Part shown: positions 1 to 8,616 of the stretch, piece by piece
How the letters are laid out: every line of letters begins with the position of its first letter
How positions within the stretch are numbered: the first letter of the stretch is position 1
Assembly (NCBI GenBank): GCA_963745025.1
Contig: CAVUWD010000001.1
Location: forward strand, 1 to 15,306
Direction: 5' to 3'
Origin: an uncultured delta proteobacterium
Lineage (GTDB): Bacteria > Desulfobacterota > Binatia > JACPRU01
DNA: 15,306 nt
Program-made: the position numbers and the translations under genes
Notes under the pieces: model-generated
Seen by the model: the letters and a program-made list of their open reading frames with translations, nothing else
What the model was told of the DNA's origin: nothing
Databases searched by the model: none

Positions 1-744
1 CACCTCGCCGAGAAGATCCTCACCACCCGCAGCGCTCTCGAAGGCGAGCGGAAGCAGGTGACCGTGCTCTTCGCCGACGTGAAGGGGTCGATGGATCTCG
101 CCGAGCAGCTCGATCCCGAAGACGTGGCACGAGATCATGGATCGCTTCTTCGCGATCCTCTCCGACGGGGTTCACCGCTTCGAGGGCACGATCAACCAGT
201 ACACCGGCGACGGCATCATGGCGCTGTTCGGTGCGCCGATTGCGCACGAGGATCACGCGCAGCGTGCTTGTTACGCGGCGCTGGACCTCCAGCACGAGCT
301 GCGGCGCTACGCGGACGAGATCCGCCTCGAGCACGGCCTCAGCTTCTCCGTCCGCATGGGCCTCAACTCCGGCGAGGTCGTGGTGGGAAAGATCGGCGAC
401 GACCTGCGGATGGACTACACGGCGCAGGGCCACACGGTCGGTCTCGCCGCGCGGATGGAGCAGATCGCGGAGTACCGGGAAGGTGCTCCTCACCGGGTAT
501 ACGGCGAAGCTGGTCTCGGGCTACTTCCGGCTGCGAGACCTGGGACGCACGAGGGTCAAGGGGGGTGGATGAGCCGGTCGGGCTCTACGACCTCGAGGGG
601 GTGGGGTCGTTTCGCACGCGCCTCGACCGCCAGCGGGCCCGCGGCTTTTCGCGCTTCGTCGGGCGTCAGGATGAGATCGCGACCTTGGAGGCTACCTTCG
701 CCCGTGCCCTCGACGGCCACGGGCAGGTGGTTGGGGTTCAAGGG
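1..744 (+). pseudogene. Class III adenylate/guanylate cyclase (cyclase-AAA type), 5'-partial, frameshifted and truncated before the AAA Walker A motif
   Basis: Stitched frames read HLAEKILTTRSALEGERKQVTVLFADVKGSMDLAEQLDPE / IMDRFFAILSDGVHRFEGTINQYTGDGIMALFGAPIAHEDHAQRAC...VRMGLNSGEVVVGKIGDDLRMDYTAQGHTVGLAARMEQ / GKVLLTGYT... / FVGRQDEIATL...GHGQVVGVQG. Metal-binding FAD and GDG motifs are present. Frame changes near 122, 473 and 565. Similarity stops where GxxGxGKS is expected. Confidence 0.88.
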
Positions 745-946
745 TCTTTTTCACGCCGGCACCTCGCAAGCATCGCGGCCGAGATTCGCCATTCGCCGGT
801 TTCCGAGAAGCGGTCGTCGCCAAGGCCGCTCAATGGACTTTCGGAGCGACCCCTCCGATAGGGGACTTTACTTATAGAACTGTTTCGACTGGGGAGGGAT
901 TGTGAGCTGTGCGAGCGTCCCTCGGCCGCTAACCTTTGCAGCGCAC

Positions 947-955
947 GAAGGAGAG
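947..955 (+). promoter_or_regulatory. Ribosome-binding site of the SDIMO alpha gene
   Basis: GAAGGAGAG ends 5 nt before the ATG at 961. Confidence 0.7.
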
Positions 956-960
956 TCCTC

Positions 961-2472
961 ATGCGAAGCCTCGTCGAAGCCCACAACCGAGTCAAAGATT
1001 TCGACTGGGAGCCGACCTACGCGAAGAAGCCGGTCCGCTATCCCACCCGCTACAAGATTCCCGCGAAGACCAAGGATCCGTTCCGCCACTTGCTCCGCGA
1101 TTATTTCTCGATGGAGGAGGAGAAGGACAATCGACAGTACGGCGCGCTCGAGGACGCGCTCGCGCGGTCCAACGCACCCGCCAAGGCGGAGCGGCGGTGG
1201 ATGGAGGTCATGAAGGTCGCTCTGCCGGTCGTGAACTTCGGCGAGTACGCGGCCATGAAGTGCACGGGTCAGCTCGTCGACACGATCGAGAACGCGGAGC
1301 TTCGCCAGGGCTACATGGCGCAGATGCTCGACGAGGTTCGCCACGTGAACCAGGAAGCGTACCTCACGCGCTACTTCGCGCGCCACGCCGCCGATCCCGA
1401 AGGCTTCGCGCAGGGCTTCAAGTTCCGCGGCACGAACATGTTCCACCGCGCTGGACGGGCGGCGCTCGAGGCGTTCTTCGTCGGCGACCCGATCGAGGGG
1501 GCGCTGAACCTGCAGGTCGTCGCTGAGACGGCCTACACGAACCCGATCTTCGTCGCCATGACTGAGATCGCCGCGGCCAACGGAGATCAGGCGACGCCGA
1601 GCGTGTTCCTGAGCATCCAGTCGGATGAGGCGCGGCACATGGCGAACGGCTACTCGACGCTGGCCGCGGTCGTGTCCAACCCCGATAACCTGACGATCCT
1701 ACAGGCCGACTTTGACCGCGCGTTCTGGCGTCAGCACGCGTTCCTCGATCCCTTCCTCGGCACCGTCTACGACTACTTCCAGGCCAAAAGGACCTCGAGC
1801 TACGGCGAGAAGTGGAACGAGTGGATCCATGAGGACTGGGTGGGCTGCTACATCGAGAAGCTCGCCCCATTCGGGCTGAAGGTGCCCCGCTGGTACCCCG
1901 CGGCGCGCAGCCGTATGCAGTGGATCGGGCACACGGCCGCGATGTTCGCGTTCGCCGCATGGCCCCTGCAGTTCTGGCGCTTCGACCCGCTCACCGACGA
2001 GGACATGGAGTGGTTCGAGCGCAAGTACCCCGGGTGGTACGGCCACTACGGCGCGTTCTGGCAGGAGTACCGCAAGATGTGCGACCCACGCTCGAAGAAC
2101 GTGCCGCTGTCGCTCTTTCCGGCGATGCCGCCGATGTGCCGCGTCTGTCAGATGCCCTGCGTGTTCCCGCGGCCCGACATCACGACGATGCGGGTGAAGA
2201 CGTACGGGGGCAAGAAACACGCCTTCTGCACCGAAGCCTGCGAGTTCATCTTCGACGAAGACCCTCAGCGCTATCTCGGCTACGACACGTTCTACGAGCT
2301 CTACGACGGTTACGATCTCGCCGAGTACGTCCGCGAGAACGGGCTCTTGCGGGCGGACGGCAAGACCCTGATCGCGCAGCCCTCGCTCGACGACGATCGC
2401 ATGTGGACGATCGACGATCTCGCGGCCCTGAAGATCGAGATCAAGAATCCGCTCGCGGAGGTGCTGTCATGA
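961..2472 (+). CDS. prmA: Soluble di-iron monooxygenase hydroxylase alpha subunit, group-6 propane monooxygenase-like
   Basis: 503 aa, intact. Two DExRH iron-binding motifs (DEVRH, DEARH), further ligands E95 (FGEYAA) and E189 (AETAYTN), plus FDWEPTY, KTKDPFR, WFERKYPGW, CRVCQMPC and DGKTLIAQP, all typical of SDIMO alpha subunits. The group assignment rests on recalled similarity and gene order. Confidence 0.95.
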   Translation: MRSLVEAHNRVKDFDWEPTYAKKPVRYPTRYKIPAKTKDPFRHLLRDYFSMEEEKDNRQYGALEDALARSNAPAKAERRWMEVMKVALPVVNFGEYAAMKCTGQLVDTIENAELRQGYMAQMLDEVRHVNQEAYLTRYFARHAADPEGFAQGFKFRGTNMFHRAGRAALEAFFVGDPIEGALNLQVVAETAYTNPIFVAMTEIAAANGDQATPSVFLSIQSDEARHMANGYSTLAAVVSNPDNLTILQADFDRAFWRQHAFLDPFLGTVYDYFQAKRTSSYGEKWNEWIHEDWVGCYIEKLAPFGLKVPRWYPAARSRMQWIGHTAAMFAFAAWPLQFWRFDPLTDEDMEWFERKYPGWYGHYGAFWQEYRKMCDPRSKNVPLSLFPAMPPMCRVCQMPCVFPRPDITTMRVKTYGGKKHAFCTEACEFIFDEDPQRYLGYDTFYELYDGYDLAEYVRENGLLRADGKTLIAQPSLDDDRMWTIDDLAALKIEIKNPLAEVLS

Positions 2473-3500
2473 CCGTCGAAGCCAAGGCACCCCGCGACTT
2501 CACCTACATCCGGCCGCGCAAGCGCCGGCTCTCCGAGTACGAGGCCGTCACCTGTTACACGCAGCCCGACCCGGAAGTCTTCGACAAGCAGGGGTGGTAT
2601 CTGCGCACCGCGGAAGGGCGGACGGCGTGGCGGAAGGAATCGACGCGCCTCAGCCACCCGCACTGGTTCGACTTCAGGGACCCCGCGGCGCTCTGGCAGC
2701 GGCCGTACGTCCGCATGCAGGCGGAGCAGGAGCGCTCGCTCGAGAGGGCGTTCGAGGATGCCGCGCGCGGCGGGGCGTTTCGCGACTTCGAGCCGATCTG
2801 GACTCGCGAGATCGTCGGCGCGCATTACCGCGTCTGGTCGTTCTTCGAGTACGGACTCTTCCGCTGCTTCGCGCAGGCGCAGCGCGAGACGCTCTCCGAC
2901 ACGCTCGGCAACGTCTACTGCTTCGCCGGCGTGGATCGCATGCGCCATGCGCAAGCGATCGTGATCTATCTCATGGACCTCGAGGATCAGATCGAAGGAT
3001 TCCGTGACGTCGGCGCCAAGGAGCGATGGCTCTCCGATCCAATCTATCAGCCGATGCGTCGATTGACCGAGGAGCTGATGGCGATCGAGGACTGGGCCGA
3101 GCTGCCCGTGGCCGTGCACCTCGCGGTCGACCCGATTCTCAGCGACGTGGGCGCGAGCGAGATCGTCCGCCGTCACGGCGCTTTCCACGGCGACGCGGTC
3201 AGCCCGCAGGTGGTCGCCACGACGGAGCGCGATCGGCGCCGCAACCTCGAGTGGACGCAGGAGCTGGTGCGCATGGTGACGGACCCGAAGGTCCCGGCGG
3301 CCGACGCGAACCGCGAGCTCGTAAAGGGCTGGATCGCCCGCTGGACGCCCCGGGCGCTCGCGGCGACCGAAGCCCTGGCGCCGATCTACGAACGGATCCC
3401 TAATCGTCGAGGCAGCTTCGGCGAGGCCGTGACACGTGCCCGCGAGGCACAGGCCGCGATCGTCGCCGCCCTCGAGCCCAAGTCCACGGAGGCCGCATGA
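2469..3500 (+). CDS. SDIMO hydroxylase beta subunit
   Basis: Likely start is ATG 2469, an ATGA overlap with the alpha stop, giving 343 aa. Contains RRLSEYEAVTCYTQP, WFDFRDPAALWQRPYVRMQAEQE and DRMRHAQ, typical of the methane/phenol/alkene hydroxylase beta family. Symbol left blank because prmB/prmC usage differs between systems. Confidence 0.93.
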   Translation: MTVEAKAPRDFTYIRPRKRRLSEYEAVTCYTQPDPEVFDKQGWYLRTAEGRTAWRKESTRLSHPHWFDFRDPAALWQRPYVRMQAEQERSLERAFEDAARGGAFRDFEPIWTREIVGAHYRVWSFFEYGLFRCFAQAQRETLSDTLGNVYCFAGVDRMRHAQAIVIYLMDLEDQIEGFRDVGAKERWLSDPIYQPMRRLTEELMAIEDWAELPVAVHLAVDPILSDVGASEIVRRHGAFHGDAVSPQVVATTERDRRRNLEWTQELVRMVTDPKVPAADANRELVKGWIARWTPRALAATEALAPIYERIPNRRGSFGEAVTRAREAQAAIVAALEPKSTEAA

Positions 3501-3802
3501 CCACCCATGTAGGAAGGAAGGTTGCGCTCGTCCTGATGAAGAGCGACGAGGCCGACGCGACGATAGACATGCTCGAGCGCGAACGGCCTGACGTCGAGGT
3601 GACCGACAAGGGCACCTACTGGCACATCGCCGCCGACGACGAGATCGTAGTGCCGATGGACAAGGTTGGCCAGGAGCTCGGACGACCGATCGAGCTCAGC
3701 CAGTGGCTCGTCGTGATGACTACATTCGTCGGACGAGCGGCGCCGGGGCCCGACTTCTTCCGGGTCACCTCGAAGATGGTCGAGCTCGAAGCAGGGGCGT
3801 AG
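3497..3802 (+). CDS. SDIMO coupling/effector protein (MmoB/DmpM family)
   Basis: 101 aa, ATGA overlap with the beta stop. VALVLMKSDEADA, DKGTYWHIAADDEIVV and MTTFVGR match the MmoB/DmpM pattern, and the position in the operon fits. Confidence 0.92.
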   Translation: MTTHVGRKVALVLMKSDEADATIDMLERERPDVEVTDKGTYWHIAADDEIVVPMDKVGQELGRPIELSQWLVVMTTFVGRAAPGPDFFRVTSKMVELEAGA

Positions 3803-3809
3803 GTCTTCG

Positions 3810-4856
3810 ATGGCGAGCTGTCGAGTCCGTCTCGAGCCGAGCGGAACGGTCTTCGAAGCCGGCGAAGGCGAGGCGGTGCTGAACGCCGCGCTACGGCACG
3901 GGGTGCCGCTGCGGTACGGATGTCGTCACGGCAACTGCTCGAGCTGCAAGTACCTGGTGAGCGACGGCGACGTCGATCTCGGCAACGCGTCGCCGTACTC
4001 GCTCTCGGAGCGGGAGCGAGAGGAGGGCTGGGCGCTACTCTGCTGTGCGCGTGCGTGCTCCGATCTGGTCATCCAGGTTCCCGAAGACCCGACCGATCGA
4101 CTGCGGCCGGTTCTGCGGCCGGCCGACTTCGCTGCGACGGTCTCGGTGAACGAGCGCATCACTCGCGCGCTCTACCGCTTGCGGCTCCGTCTCGACCGGC
4201 CGCTTGCCTTCTACCCGGGCCAGTTCCTCGAAGTGGAGGTTTCGGGTCGCTCCGGAGAATGGCGGTCGTACTCGATCGCCAGCCCGCCGAGCCGCTGCGA
4301 AGAGGTCGATCTCGTCATCCTCAAGATTCCCGGTGGCGCGTTCTCGGGAAGCCTCGACCAGCTGAGCCGCGGGAACCCGCTACGCGTTCGTGGACCCTAC
4401 GGCGCGAGCTATCTCCGCGAGGGAGATCAGCCCATCCTGCTCGTCGGCGGCGGATCGGGAATCGCTCCGCTGCTGTCGATCCTCGAAGCGGCCGCCGAAG
4501 ACCGAGACCCCCGAGCGATCACGTTCTACTACGGTGCCCGTACCGTGGCCGACCTTCCTCTACAGGAAGAGATCGCCAACCTGCAGAGGCGCGTTCCGAA
4601 CCTCCGCTACCGGCCGGCGCTCTCCGAGCCGACGGCCGACTGCCGGTGGGAGGGCCCGGTCGGGATGATCGCTCAGGTCATCCAGCGCGCCCTCGCGGAT
4701 GCGAGCCCGTTCGACGCTTACATCTGCGGCCCGCCGCCGATGTGCGACACCGTCTCGCTGATCCTCGCGGCCAAGGGTCTCCAAGAAGGGCACGCGTTCC
4801 TCGACCGCTTCTATTCGGCGGTCGACTCGGCAGCGACTACGCCACCGCGCTCTTAG
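3810..4856 (+). CDS. SDIMO NAD(P)H reductase ([2Fe-2S] ferredoxin plus FAD/NAD-binding domains)
   Basis: 348 aa. Plant-type CRHGNCSSC...LLC cluster motif, FYPGQF, RSYSIAS (FAD), GPYG, GGGSGIAP (NAD), YICGPPPM and C-terminal DRF. Confidence 0.95.
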   Translation: MASCRVRLEPSGTVFEAGEGEAVLNAALRHGVPLRYGCRHGNCSSCKYLVSDGDVDLGNASPYSLSEREREEGWALLCCARACSDLVIQVPEDPTDRLRPVLRPADFAATVSVNERITRALYRLRLRLDRPLAFYPGQFLEVEVSGRSGEWRSYSIASPPSRCEEVDLVILKIPGGAFSGSLDQLSRGNPLRVRGPYGASYLREGDQPILLVGGGSGIAPLLSILEAAAEDRDPRAITFYYGARTVADLPLQEEIANLQRRVPNLRYRPALSEPTADCRWEGPVGMIAQVIQRALADASPFDAYICGPPPMCDTVSLILAAKGLQEGHAFLDRFYSAVDSAATTPPRS

Positions 4857-5120
4857 CGGCGGCCCGGCCGCGTCGCGCCGAGGAAGCCCGAGGCGACTGG
4901 AAAGCGCCATGGCCGAAACGGATGCCCGGTTGATCCTGGATCTCAGGGGACCACACGTTGCTCTTCGACGACATGTCCCTCGCCTCCTTCCGGATCTTCG
5001 GCGCTGACCAGACTCGAAACGCGTACGCGGCGCAAGAAGCCTCTCATGTCCTGGGTCGTGGACCCGCATTCGACTCGAGCGGCGAGCGTCAGCTGTGGTA
5101 GGGCGCAACCGTGGAAGGCT

Positions 5121-5269
5121 ATGAGACCGCGCCCCCGGCCGGACGGCGATCGGGTACAGCAACACCCCGACCTGGTTCAGGCGCCGCGCACGGGACGACC
5201 CTCGAGGGCATCCTCGAGCGCGTCACCTACGCCAATGAGGAGACCGCGTGGAGCGTGGTGAAGCTGGTC
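5121..5269 (+). pseudogene. recD2: N-terminal stub of a RecD2-like ATP-dependent DNA helicase
   Basis: LEGILERVTYANEETAWSVVKL (5201-5266) matches the conserved RecD2 N-terminus. Similarity ends abruptly after about 25 codons. The 5' boundary is approximate. Confidence 0.7.
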
Positions 5270-5559
5270 GCTGCGCGTGCTGCGGCGGCAATTCGAACTC
5301 GATGACGATGCGCTCGAGGAGGTCATCGAAGAACTCGTCGACGTTCAGCGCATGGCACGACGTGAAGGCAGTCTTTTGGTGTGGGTGGAAGATGCACCGG
5401 CGTCAGCCTCGGCATCGCCCGCCGCGAATACGACGGCGCCTTCGACGCCGAGCGTTCGCGAACCGCGCACGCCTACACACCGAAACACCTCCCTGACAAG
5501 ATCCTGCAGTCCCGCTGCAGTCCCGCTTGCAGTCCCGCTCCGCCCTCGAAGGCGAGCGC
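5268..5559 (+). pseudogene. N-terminal fragment of a class III adenylate/guanylate cyclase
   Basis: SLRVLRRQFELDDDALEEVIEELVDVQRMARREGSLLVW, then after a frame change AYTPKHLPDKILQSR-[repeat]-SALEGER. The last part aligns directly with HLAEKILTTRSALEGER at positions 1-51. Confidence 0.8.
5505..5538 (+). repeat. Tandem triplication of TGCAGTCCCGC
   Basis: Copies at 5505-5515, 5516-5526 and 5528-5538. Confidence 0.95.
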
Positions 5560-5638
5560 CGTAGAAAGGGAGCATTCCGAGGCAGAAGTGGGGGGTCGCC
5601 GTGCGACTGTGATATCGAGGCCAGCTGAGGAGGAAGTC

Positions 5639-6095
5639 ATGCCGAGTCTAGAGTACGAATTCACCTATCGCGCCACGTTGAAGCCCGCGGTCACCATCGG
5701 GTCCGGGCCTTACGGCAACCGCATCGTCGTCGAAGTGACCGGCGGCGACTTCGAGGGGCCGCGGCTCAAGGGAAGGATCCTGAGCGGCGGCGGCGACTGG
5801 GCCCTGGTCGGACCCGACGGGCAAGCGCGCCTCGACGTGCGTGCCCAGCTCGTCACGGGCGATGGGGCGGCCATCTACCTCGCGTATTACGGAATCATCG
5901 AATTCAACGCGAAGGCGCAGCAGGCGCTGGAGAAGCAGACCGGAACGGAGTTCGCGGACCACTACTGGCGGACGAATCCCCGCTTCGAGACCGGCGACCC
6001 GAGAGTACGCCTGGCTGAACCAGACGCTATTCGTAGGAGAGGGCCGGATGCTGCCGAACCTGGTCGTCGAGTACCGGGTGTACAGGGTCACCTGA
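5639..6095 (+). CDS. DUF3237 (UPF0311-like) protein, one frameshift near 6003
   Basis: RBS GAGGAGG upstream of ATG 5639. Reads GPYGNRIVVEVTGGDFEGPRLKGRILSGGGDW...RLDVR...RTNPRFETGDP and continues in another frame as YAWLNQTLFVGEG...EYRVYRVT. Confidence 0.85.
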
Positions 6096-6181
6096 AGAAT
6101 CCCGTCGTTCTCGCTCTACGACTCAGTTGCAACGCGTGCGCTGGCGATCGCCGTGAAGAACGATCGGATCGAGTCGCGGTT

Positions 6182-6298
6182 CACGCAGCTCGCGAGTCGG
6201 ATCAGGTCACGAATCGGCACGAGCTGCGTGGCGTGAGAGGACGACCCGCACCGGGCCAGCTTCGCCTTATCCCGTAACCTGAACTGGCGAAGCGGCCC
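6182..6298. repeat. Two adjacent inverted repeats
   Basis: CACGCAGCTCG (6182-6192) / CGAGCTGCGTG (6220-6230) is a perfect 11-bp pair. GGGCCAGCTTCGCC (6253-6266) / GGCGAAGCGGCCC (6286-6298) pairs 13 bp with one bulge. Confidence 0.7.
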
Positions 6299-6318
6299 GC
6301 GCCGGCGGCTCCTACCGC

Positions 6319-6438
6319 TTGATCGCCAAGATTCCGCACTCGCGACGCTGGCGCGTCACCCTCTCCGGCCGTCGCATCATCGCCGCAGCCCTCAAGCTAC
6401 GTGAAGGGCGCTTCAGTCTCTACGCCGCTGCTGCCTGA
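6319..6438 (+). mobile_element. Probable C-terminal remnant of an IS-like transposase
   Basis: Not in the ORF track. Translates LIAKIPHSRRWRVTLSGRRIIAAALKLREGRFSLYAAAA-stop, resembling the winged-helix C-terminus of a poorly classified transposase family. Followed by an A-rich possible element end at about 6450-6490. Recognised from memory only. Confidence 0.5.
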
Positions 6439-6571
6439 CCTGGACAGGATCTTCGCAAAACGCGAAGAAGCAACGGACAAAGAATCAATCCCCCGATAAG
6501 GTTTGGCCCTCCGCAGGCCAGACGCTGTAAGGCCCGACATCCGCGGGGAGAGCTCGGGAGGAGGACAGTTG

Positions 6572-7829
6572 ATGGCCTACGTGATCGCCAACGCGAGCAT
6601 CTTCGATGGCACCGGCCGGGAGCCGTTCCGCGGCGCCGTCCGCGTCGAGGCGAACCGCATCGCCGCGGTCATCCCGGGGTCGGACACGCCCGACGCCGCC
6701 GGCGCGACCGTGATCGATGGCGCGGGCGCCACGCTGATGCCCGGCCTCATCGAGTCGCACGCGCACCTGGGCTTCGCCGACATGAGCTCGCACGACCTGA
6801 CGCGGCTCCGCCATCGAGGAGCACATGCTCATCACCGTGCGCAATGCGCGCACGATGCTCGACTGCGGCTACACGAGCGCGTTCTCGGCCGCGTCGGCCA
6901 AGCCGCGCCTGGACGTCGTGCTGCGCCGCGAGATCGAAGCCGGACGGGAGGCCGGGCCCCGGCTCCTCGCCAATGGCCCCGAGATCACGGTGACGGGCGG
7001 GCTCGGCGACACGAATCAGATGCACCTGCCCCACTACGAGACGCCGACCTTCTCGTGGGTCGCGGACGGGCCCGACGCGATCCGCCGGGTGTGCCGGCTG
7101 CTCGCGCGCGAGGGCGTCGACCTCCTGAAGCTCAACCTCTCCGGCGACATCGGCACGTCGAGCTATCCCTCCGACCAGACGCCCGATGACGGACGGCGAG
7201 GTCGCGGCCGCCATGGAGGTGGCGCGCGCGGCCGAGCTTGCGCGTCGCCGCGCACTGCCGGAGCGCGGAGTCCGTCATGATGGCCCTGCGCCACGGCATC
7301 GAGGTCATCTATCACGCCAACTACGCGGACGAGCGCGCCCTCGACGCGCTCGAGGCGGCGCGCGACCGGATCTTCGTCGGGCCCGCGCTCGGCCTCACCT
7401 ATAACCTGACGCCAGGCGGGCGGCCAGTGGGGCGTCACGCCGAGCGGGCGCGGGCCTTCGAGCACGAGCTGGAAGTCTCCGTCGAGGCGGTCGCGCGCAT
7501 GCGCAAGCGCGGCATCCGGGTGCTCCCCGGCGGCGACTACGGCTTCCTGTTCACACCGCACGGCACGTACGCGCAGGACCTCTGGGTCTTCGTCAAGATC
7601 CTCGGCTTTTCGCCCATGGAGACCCTCGTGGCCGCGACCAGGCTCGGCGGCGAGCTCATGGGGCGCGCCGGGCGAGCTGGGCGTGGTGAAGGCGGGCGCC
7701 CTCGCCGACCTCTTGCTCGTGGACGGCGATCCCCTCGCGCACATCGAGATCCTCCAGGACAGGAGCGCGCTCCGCATGATCATGAAGGACGGCGCGCTTC
7801 ACAAGGCGCCCGTGCGAACCGCCGCGTAG
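6572..7829 (+). CDS. Metal-dependent amidohydrolase (prolidase-like/Xaa-Pro dipeptidase subgroup), multiply frameshifted
   Basis: RBS GGAGGAGG. Contains NASIFDGTG, IDGAGATLMPGLIESHAHL (HxH), LLKLNLSG, VAAHCR, EVIYHANY, GGDYGF..PHG and LGVVKAGALADLLLVDGDPL...IMKDG, ending at TAG 7827-7829. Frame changes near 6810, 7185, 7235 and 7670. Confidence 0.85.
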
Positions 7830-7861
7830 AGTTATCTTTTCTCTAAGAACGGAGGAATGAC

Positions 7862-8616
7862 ATGGCACGTTGGGACACGATTCAGGTGGACGGGCAGCCA
7901 ATGCGGATCTATCTCGACGCCCCCCACGGGGGCGGGGCGGCCCCGGGCGTCGTCGTCATCATGCACGGCCCCGGTCTCGAGCGCTTCATGGAGGACCGGG
8001 TCGAAAAGCTCGCTCGCCAGGGGTATGCGGCGGCGCGCCCGGACCTCTAGCCACCGTCAGCCGCAGAACGACGCCGCCGACATCATGACCCGCATCGGCC
8101 GCCTCCGCGACACGGAGATCATCGCCGACGTTGATGCGCGCCATCGCGCACCTGCGCCGGCTCCCCGACGCGCACGTCGGAGACCTCGCGGTGCTCGGCT
8201 TCTGCATGGGTGGGCGCATCACGTACATGCTCGCCGGAGCGCGCCCGACCGCGTGGAAAGCGGCAGGCGTGTTCTACGGCGGCAACATCATGAAGCCGTG
8301 GGGCGACGGACCCGCGCCGTTCGACCTGACGAAGAACATCGCCTGTCCGGTGATTGGCTTCTTCGGCCTCGAGGACACGAATCCCTCTCCCGCTGACGTC
8401 GACAAGATCGACGCGGAGCTCACGCGCCACGGCAAGGCGCATGAGTTCCACCGCTACGCGGGCGCGGGCCACGCGTTCCTCAACTTCACCAACGCCGAGC
8501 GCTATCGCCCTGACCGGGCCAAGGACGCGTGGGCCAAGATGCTCGGGTTCCTCTCGCGCTTCCTAGAGGTGGCCCCGCTCAATAAACGATTCGATGGAGC
8601 TTGCCGAGCAGGTTGA
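7862..8616 (+). CDS. Dienelactone hydrolase family protein, frameshifted
   Basis: RBS GGAGG. Contains PGVVVIMHGPGL, LARQGY..PDL, the nucleophile motif GFCMGG, FYGG, GLED and YAGAGHAF...DAW. Frame disruptions near 8035-8050 and 8135. The true stop may lie near 8566. Confidence 0.88.

Noticed and set aside
757-772. Sigma54 promoter for the SDIMO operon
   Set aside because: CGGCAC is present but the -12 element reads AAGC instead of TTGC, and no activator gene is nearby.
1920-2468. N-terminal 183 aa of the 526-aa ORF
   Set aside because: Out-of-frame overlap with the alpha gene. Beta-subunit similarity starts at ATG 2469.
961-2472. Soluble methane monooxygenase (mmoX)
   Set aside because: No gamma subunit or mmoD, Glu at the C151-equivalent position, and gene content fits group 6 better.
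4909-5101. Small gene after the reductase (MAETDARL... / LLFDDMSLASFRIFG...)
   Set aside because: Short broken frames with no recognisable family. Cannot be supported.
5505-5538. CRISPR array
   Set aside because: 11-bp units with no spacers and no cas genes.
5381-5638. N-terminal extension of the DUF3237 ORF
   Set aside because: Consists largely of cyclase debris. The RBS and family similarity point to ATG 5639.
6182-6298. Integron attC sites
   Set aside because: No RYYYAAC/GTTRRRY boundaries, and the integrase is phage-type rather than IntI.
6572-8616. Programmed frameshifting
   Set aside because: Shifts are numerous, scattered and lack slippery-site context. Sequencing indels or decay explain them better.
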